From the NCBI RefSeq assembly GCF_000185845.1, contig NZ_GL629647.1, forward strand, positions 580,471-611,560: a DNA stretch of 31,090 bases. The letters run 5' to 3'. The notes beneath the pieces were generated by a model, which saw nothing but the letters and a program-made list of their open reading frames with translations, was not told where the DNA came from and searched no databases. A program made the translations under genes and the position numbers. Shown piece after piece: positions 25,739 to 31,090 of this stretch. Origin of the DNA: Segatella salivae DSM 15606 (lineage in GTDB: Bacteria; Bacteroidota; Bacteroidia; Bacteroidales; Bacteroidaceae). How positions within the stretch are numbered: the stretch's first letter is position 1; every line of letters begins with the position of its first letter.

Positions 25739-26554
25739 ATGGCAAAGAAAGTATTATTCATCAATCAAGAGATTACCCCATATGTCCCCGAGACGAATAT
25801 GTCTGTCATGGGAAGAGACTTGCCACAGAAGGTACAAGAGGCTGGTCTCGAAATCAGAACGTTTATGCCTAAGTGGGGAAATATCAATGAACGGCGCGGC
25901 CAACTGCATGAAGTCATCCGACTATCAGGCATGAATCTCATCATTGATGATACCGACCACCCTCTCATTATCAAGGTTGCTTCAATCCCACAATCAAGGA
26001 TTCAGGTTTACTTTATAGACAATGATGACTACTTTACCAAGCGACAAATGACAACAGATGAGGCAGGTGAAGAGTATGCAGACAACGGAGAGCGTGCTAT
26101 CTTCTTTGCTCGAGGAGTCTTAGAGACTGTAAAGAAACTAAGATGGGCGCCGGATATCATCCATTGTCAAGGCTGGATGAGTGCTGTTGTGCCTTTCTAC
26201 ATCAAGAAAGCTTACCACGAAGAGCCTTCTTTTGCAAACACAAAGATTGTAACCTCACTCTTTTCAGAGCAACTCAAAGGGGATTTGGGAAGCAAATTCA
26301 AGTCTATTGTTGCTTTCAGAGATGCCAAGAAAGAACTTGTTTCTGGCTACAACGAGAAGTTTGACTTCGTTGAATTAGGAAAGCTTGCACTTGATTATAG
26401 TGATGGAATCATTGAAGCTCGCCCAACAGTAAACAAGGAATTATTAGACTATGCAGCTGAAAAGAAGTTGCCGATTCTTAAATATCCAGGAGAAGACTTC
26501 ATCGAATCATATGTAGATTTCTATGATAAGATTTATCCAACAAGTGAAGATTAA
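25739..26554 (+). CDS. Glycogen/starch-synthase-like glycosyltransferase (GT5 N-terminal-domain-type, short form)
   Basis: MAKKVLFINQEITPYVPETNMSVMGRDLPQ… resembles the GlgA N-terminal region (KxGGL-region analogue degenerated). The protein is 271 aa, so not a full-length GlgA. Confidence 0.55.
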   Translation: MAKKVLFINQEITPYVPETNMSVMGRDLPQKVQEAGLEIRTFMPKWGNINERRGQLHEVIRLSGMNLIIDDTDHPLIIKVASIPQSRIQVYFIDNDDYFTKRQMTTDEAGEEYADNGERAIFFARGVLETVKKLRWAPDIIHCQGWMSAVVPFYIKKAYHEEPSFANTKIVTSLFSEQLKGDLGSKFKSIVAFRDAKKELVSGYNEKFDFVELGKLALDYSDGIIEARPTVNKELLDYAAEKKLPILKYPGEDFIESYVDFYDKIYPTSED

Positions 26555-26573
26555 TCACAAAATCAATTATTAC

Positions 26574-27995
26574 ATGAAACTGAAAACTCTTGCAAGTGCA
26601 CTACTTGTAACCCTAATGATATCGTCATGTGACGACTCTACCGGAACCATTGGTACGTCAATCACGAGCGACATGGATAAGTTGGAGATTAAAACCGACT
26701 CTTTTAATGTCACCACAAAATCGATTGCAGCTGGCGATGTCCTTTCAAGAAACATCAACGGATATCTTGGTAAGTTCAAAGACCCTGAGACTGGCTCGTA
26801 TATCACGGCTGACTTCATGACACAGTTTGGCGTACTTGAAGACTTCAATCTTCCTAACGAGGGAGACATTGTGTCGAAGGATAATGGCAAAGTCATTGCA
26901 GACTCTTGTGAAATCAGACTTTATTATGACGATGTTGTTGGTGATTCTACGGCATTGATGCATTTGAAGATGTATGAATTAAGCAAGCCTGTAACAGATG
27001 CTGCAGCATTATATACAAACTCAAACGATATTGAAAGCAACTATCTCCGTAGCGGAGGATTTGAAGTTGAGAAGGCATATACGCTGGCAGATCTGACAAC
27101 TGATGCGAAAGAAAAGGCTGAAAAGAATTATAGTCCGAGTATCAAAATCTCAATGAATAAGCCTTACACCGATAAAGATGGAGTGACATACAAGAACTAT
27201 GGCACGTATCTGTTGCAGAAGTATTACAGCAAACCATCTGACTTTAGCAATTCATACACACTGATAAATAACGTCATTCCTGGCTTCTATTTCAAGTCGG
27301 TTGGAGGCTCAGGCTCTATCGGAAGGGTTTTCAATACTATCATGTTTGTTTACTTCCGCATTCAATACAATGGCAAAGTCTATAACAGAATCGCATCCTT
27401 CAGCGGTACGCAAGAAGTGTTGCAAGCCACACACATTGTCAATGACCAACAGGCTTTACAACAATTGATAAATCAAAACTCTGGAACCTATCTCAAAACA
27501 CCAGCTGGAATATTCACAGAGATGACACTTCCTGTAGATAACATTATTGCAGGTCATGAGAAAGACAGCATCAACAGCGCAAAGATTACGTTACAACGAA
27601 TCAACAACGTTTCGACAAGCCCTTATGCATTGCAAGCGCCAAAGCAGGTATTGATGATTCCAAAAGATAGCATTCAAACCTTCTTTGCACATCATAACAT
27701 CATGAATTATAAGAATTCTTTCGTGGCAAACTTCAGCCAAAATGGTTACACTTTCAATAATATTAGTTCGTTGATTCGCTCAATGTATGAGAACAAAAAG
27801 AATGGAACAGCATCGGCTGATTGGAATAAGGTTGTCATTGTTCCTGTGACTACAACGAGCATGACCATTCAAAACGGAAGCTATTCTTCAACCTATTCAA
27901 CGGGAGTATACAATGACATGTCGGTGAGAAGCGTGAAATTGTTAGGCGGAAACACGCCTCTCAAGATCTCAGTCATCTATAGCAAGTTCAAGTAA
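26574..27995 (+). CDS. Bacteroidetes lipoprotein (DUF4270-like), hypothetical
   Basis: Start trimmed to MKLKTLASALLVTLMISSCDDS (lipobox). Ser/Thr/Asn/Tyr-rich, beta-rich composition. Confidence 0.5.
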   Translation: MKLKTLASALLVTLMISSCDDSTGTIGTSITSDMDKLEIKTDSFNVTTKSIAAGDVLSRNINGYLGKFKDPETGSYITADFMTQFGVLEDFNLPNEGDIVSKDNGKVIADSCEIRLYYDDVVGDSTALMHLKMYELSKPVTDAAALYTNSNDIESNYLRSGGFEVEKAYTLADLTTDAKEKAEKNYSPSIKISMNKPYTDKDGVTYKNYGTYLLQKYYSKPSDFSNSYTLINNVIPGFYFKSVGGSGSIGRVFNTIMFVYFRIQYNGKVYNRIASFSGTQEVLQATHIVNDQQALQQLINQNSGTYLKTPAGIFTEMTLPVDNIIAGHEKDSINSAKITLQRINNVSTSPYALQAPKQVLMIPKDSIQTFFAHHNIMNYKNSFVANFSQNGYTFNNISSLIRSMYENKKNGTASADWNKVVIVPVTTTSMTIQNGSYSSTYSTGVYNDMSVRSVKLLGGNTPLKISVIYSKFK

Positions 27996-28005
27996 CTCTA
28001 TTCTT

Positions 28006-28137
28006 ATGGCAGACAACTTCCTTGAACGCCAGCGCGAGAGTTACGAAGAGCGTAAGCAACAATGGCTGCGAAATAAAAAACACCTCACTAAGATTAAGAG
28101 GTCGCGACCCGAAAAACCCGAAGACGAAGCATTATAA
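28006..28137 (+). CDS. 43-aa basic micro-protein (MADNFLERQRESYEERKQQWLRNKKHLTKIKRSRPEKPEDEAL)
   Basis: ATG 28006 to TAA 28135-28137. It sits cleanly between the lipoprotein gene's stop and a strong terminator. Below the 60-aa cutoff of the ORF track. Confidence 0.4.
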   Translation: MADNFLERQRESYEERKQQWLRNKKHLTKIKRSRPEKPEDEAL

Positions 28138-28152
28138 AAACAATTCAATAAA

Positions 28153-28184
28153 GCCGAGACCACATCAGATGTCTCGGCTTTTTT
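28153..28184 (+). terminator. Rho-independent terminator
   Basis: gccgagac (28153-28160) pairs with gtctcggc (28171-28178), loop cacatcagat, then tttttt. Confidence 0.85.
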
Positions 28185-28205
28185 CCACTGATAAACATTA
28201 TATTT

Positions 28206-29957
28206 ATGAAAAGACTCATTTCTTTTATGCTTTTAACAGCATTGATGCTTTCGGCCAATGCAACTGAAAAGAAAGTCACACTCCGCTTTATTGAAACAAG
28301 CGATGTGCACGGAAGTTTCTTCCCCTACGATTTCACGAACCGCAAACCAAGGGTCGGTTCAATGGCACGCATCAGCAGTTATGTAAAACAACTGCGCAAA
28401 CAATATGGCAACAACGTTGTCTTGCTTGACAATGGAGATATACTTCAAGGACAGCCCACAAGCTATTTCTATAATTATGTGGCTACTAACGAGCCTAACA
28501 TTGCAGCCCAAGTAATCAATTATTTAGGCTATGATGCAGAAACAATCGGCAATCATGACATCGAACCCGGCCATGCTGTTTACGACAAGTGGATTAAAGA
28601 GGTGAAATGCCCCGTGCTTGCATGCAACGTTGTTAACGTAAAGACCGGACAGCCTTACACGCACCCTTATGCAATCATCAAGCGCAATGGCGTCAAGATT
28701 GCCGTGTTGGGCATGCTCACCCCAGCTATTCCCAACTGGCTGACAGAGAATATTTGGGAGGGACTGCGCTTCGACGACATGGTGAAATCGGCAAAGAAAT
28801 GGATGAAAATCATTCAAGAGAAAGAACACCCCGATGTTGTCGTTGGACTTTTCCACAGCGGACGCGAAGGCGGCATCAAAACGAAAGACTATGAAGAAGA
28901 TGCAAGTTGTGTCGTTGCTCAGCAAGTGCCAGGCTTCGACATCATCATGTTTGGCCACGATCACACACGCTTCAATCAAAAAATCAAGAATATCGAAGGC
29001 AAAGAAGTGCTTTGCATAGACCCTGCAAACAATGCAATGACGGTAGCACAGGCCGACCTCACGCTTACGCTCAAGAATGGCAAAGTTACAAACAAGCAAG
29101 TTACGGGAACACTTGTTGATGTCACCAAACTCCCAATTGACGAGGAGTATATGGCACATTTCAAACCCGAAATCGAGAAAGTAAATCAATATGTTGACCG
29201 CATCATCGGCAACATTGAGAACACCATATACACACGTGACAGTTATTTCGGCTCAAGCGCATTCAATGACTTCATTCTCAATCTTGAATTGCAAATCACA
29301 AAGGCCGACATAGCCTTTAACGCTCCACTCCAGTTTGATGCATCTATCAAAGCTGGTCCGGTGAGAGTAGCCGACATGTTCAATCTCTATCGATTTGAAA
29401 ATCAGCTCTACGTCATGCGTATGACAGGCGAGGAAATCAGAAAACATCTTGAAATGAGCTACGATCAATGGGTCAACACAATGAAGTCGCCCGACGATCA
29501 TCTACTGCTCTTGGCCGACACACGCGGTGATGCACAGCGTTTGGGATTCAAGAACTTCACATTCAACTTTGACTCTGCTGCTGGCATTGATTATGTGGTC
29601 GATGTAACCAAACCCGACGGGCAGAAGGTGAAAATCCTACGCATGTCAAACGGACAGCCCTTCGATGAGCATAAATGGTACACTGTAGCCATCAACAGCT
29701 ATCGTGGAAACGGCGGCGGAGAGCTGCTCACAAAGGGGGCAGGCATCCCCAAAGACAGTCTGAACAGCCGAATCATCTATCGCAGCCCTCGCGACCAGCG
29801 TTATTACCTCATGCAGGAAATCGAAAAGATGGGAACGGTTGCGCCGAAAGCCAACAACAACTGGAAATTCATTCCCGAAAACTGGACAAAACCTGCTGCA
29901 ACTCGCGACAGCCTGCTATTGTTCAGCCACCAACGCAATCCTAAAGACGAAAAATAA
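28206..29957 (+). CDS. Secreted bifunctional metallophosphatase / 5'-nucleotidase
   Basis: Signal peptide MKRLISFMLLTALMLSANA. Calcineurin-like motifs DVHGS, DNGD and GNHD(IE). C-terminal 5'-nucleotidase substrate-binding region. Confidence 0.8.
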   Translation: MKRLISFMLLTALMLSANATEKKVTLRFIETSDVHGSFFPYDFTNRKPRVGSMARISSYVKQLRKQYGNNVVLLDNGDILQGQPTSYFYNYVATNEPNIAAQVINYLGYDAETIGNHDIEPGHAVYDKWIKEVKCPVLACNVVNVKTGQPYTHPYAIIKRNGVKIAVLGMLTPAIPNWLTENIWEGLRFDDMVKSAKKWMKIIQEKEHPDVVVGLFHSGREGGIKTKDYEEDASCVVAQQVPGFDIIMFGHDHTRFNQKIKNIEGKEVLCIDPANNAMTVAQADLTLTLKNGKVTNKQVTGTLVDVTKLPIDEEYMAHFKPEIEKVNQYVDRIIGNIENTIYTRDSYFGSSAFNDFILNLELQITKADIAFNAPLQFDASIKAGPVRVADMFNLYRFENQLYVMRMTGEEIRKHLEMSYDQWVNTMKSPDDHLLLLADTRGDAQRLGFKNFTFNFDSAAGIDYVVDVTKPDGQKVKILRMSNGQPFDEHKWYTVAINSYRGNGGGELLTKGAGIPKDSLNSRIIYRSPRDQRYYLMQEIEKMGTVAPKANNNWKFIPENWTKPAATRDSLLLFSHQRNPKDEK

Positions 29958-30730
29958 TGAAACACCTTTGGTTTATCTTTTGCAAAGGCGACCTCATGCT
30001 CGAGAAGCTTCCTAATGGGAGCTTTTCGATTCCCGAAGGCAACCAACCGCCTATTGCAACGAAGGATTGGACACATGTGCTCAATGTCTCACCCATGGAC
30101 AATGGCGATGAGGTAAAGACTTTCCTCATCGACGAACCCGTCACCGACAATCCACGCTATGAAATGTATGGTCTCCGAAAAAGTTTCTATCATCTTTCCA
30201 CCGACCTCTATCTCAAAGCGGGCAAATGTCACGAGCTAATCTACTGGGACCAGAACACAAAATATTGTGGCGTATGTGGTTTTCCGATGAAGATGCACAC
30301 CGACATCAGCAAACGTTGTCCCAATTGTGGCAAAGAGGTATGGCCCACAGTAGCCACCGCCATCATCGTGCTCATTCATCGTGACGACAAGGTGTTGCTC
30401 GTTCATGCGCGCAATTTCAAAGGCAATTTCTATGGTCTTGTGGCTGGCTTTGTTGAAACCGGTGAAACTTTAGAAGAGGCCGTGCATCGAGAGGTGATGG
30501 AAGAAACCGGACTCACAATCACTAACCTACGCTATTTCGGCAGTCAGCCCTGGCCCTACCCGAGTGGCCTGATGGTGGGCTTCACAGCCGACTATGTCAG
30601 TGGCGACATCCATCTGCAACGCGAAGAACTCTCACGTGGTGCATGGTTTACAAAGGATAATTTGCCCGAAATACCCGAAAAACTCAGCATTGCAAGACAA
30701 ATTCTTGACGACTGGCTCGCAAAAGCATAG
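29957..30730 (+). CDS. nudC: NADH pyrophosphatase-type Nudix hydrolase with a zinc ribbon
   Basis: CGVCGFPMKMHTDISKRCPNCG zinc ribbon, followed by the Nudix box GFVETGETLEEAVHREVMEETG. The start overlaps the upstream stop (TAATG). Confidence 0.8.
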   Translation: MKHLWFIFCKGDLMLEKLPNGSFSIPEGNQPPIATKDWTHVLNVSPMDNGDEVKTFLIDEPVTDNPRYEMYGLRKSFYHLSTDLYLKAGKCHELIYWDQNTKYCGVCGFPMKMHTDISKRCPNCGKEVWPTVATAIIVLIHRDDKVLLVHARNFKGNFYGLVAGFVETGETLEEAVHREVMEETGLTITNLRYFGSQPWPYPSGLMVGFTADYVSGDIHLQREELSRGAWFTKDNLPEIPEKLSIARQILDDWLAKA

Positions 30731-30776
30731 AAAAACATTATCTACTTATTTATTTGCCCCTTTAATTTTTTCTTCT

Positions 30777-30784
30777 TACCTTTG
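30777..30784 (+). promoter_or_regulatory. Candidate -7 element TAccTTTG in the right-edge intergenic region
   Basis: tacctttg. A transcript from here would run through the (AC)12 tract. Confidence 0.3.
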
Positions 30785-30897
30785 CCGCCGTGAAACAATT
30801 AGCAATGACATATCAAGTGAACGAAGTACTGCAAAGAATCTCTCGATTCTTTGCATCTTTTTGCACTTTATCTTTGGTCAATCCAAATAATTTGCTA

Positions 30898-30921
30898 ACA
30901 CACACACACACACACACACAC
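30898..30921. repeat. (AC)12 dinucleotide microsatellite, followed by (GC)4-5 at about 30963-30971
   Basis: acacacacacacacacacacacac counted directly; cgcgcgcgcg lies 40 bp downstream. Confidence 0.9.
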
Positions 30922-31090
30922 TCGCACCTGGCGTCACTAAGACATTTTTTCTTCTCGCATACGCGCGCGCGAAGCGTGCCGTAACCCCTGCAAACAAAGG
31001 ACTTCTCGGAGTTTCCTTTGTTCGCTTTTTTATGTTCTTTTGTGAACTCTGTTTAGAACAAAATAAGAATGAAATAACAATTATTTTAAT

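Noticed and set aside
28022-28267. 81-aa plus-strand ORF
   Set aside because: It reads straight through a strong rho-independent terminator (28153-28184) and overlaps the 5'-nucleotidase start. The alternative frame holding the 43-aa micro-ORF fits the spacing far better.
29675-30150. ORFs 29675..29944 (+), 29804..30076 (-) and 29941..30150 (-)
   Set aside because: Overlapping or antisense shadows of the well-supported nucleotidase and nudC CDSs in a GC-richer stretch.
28206-30730. Higher GC (about 50-60% in sampled 60-mers) of the nucleotidase/nudC genes as a horizontal-transfer signal
   Set aside because: mmdA shows similarly elevated GC in sampled stretches, while dpp4 and the cassette genes are about 30-40%. 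The heterogeneity tracks individual genes rather than an island, and no k-mer statistics could be computed here.

Overview
Bacteroidetes-type chromosomal window, Prevotella/Bacteroides-like: AT-rich, and TAnnTTTG -7 promoter motifs sit in front of most operons. Left edge (1-1650): a decayed integrative/conjugative-element segment with a DUF3408-like gene and two excisionase-type HTH genes, one frameshifted. It is followed by an unusual non-coding block: a 14-bp palindrome, a 37-bp perfect tandem duplication, and eight copies of a 41-bp tandem repeat (2054-2381). The rest is mainly core metabolism and housekeeping: mmdA-like carboxyltransferase, a small ORF and a biotin carrier; a radical SAM gene; dipeptidyl peptidase IV; tRNA-Ser and tRNA-Glu; L-serine dehydratase; panB, ruvC and rsmG; an FMN-binding/4Fe-4S membrane protein; lysO-like genes; panD/panC; a glycogen-synthase-like GT5; a 5'-nucleotidase; and NudC. 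The most interesting candidate is a tightly coupled three-gene cassette on the minus strand (21069-23780): an SPFH/band-7 protein with a SHOCT-like tail, a 4-TM mini-protein, and a zinc-ribbon/TM/large ectodomain protein. It is set off by AT-rich, palindrome-bearing intergenic regions and recalls pspA-ydjGHI-type membrane-stress or defence modules. Other items: an 800-bp ORF-free gap (16871-17674) with candidate micro-ORFs or an sRNA, a terminator-backed 43-aa basic micro-ORF, and an (AC)12 microsatellite downstream of a promoter motif near the right edge. All calls come from reading the sequence and the ORF track; no database searches were run.
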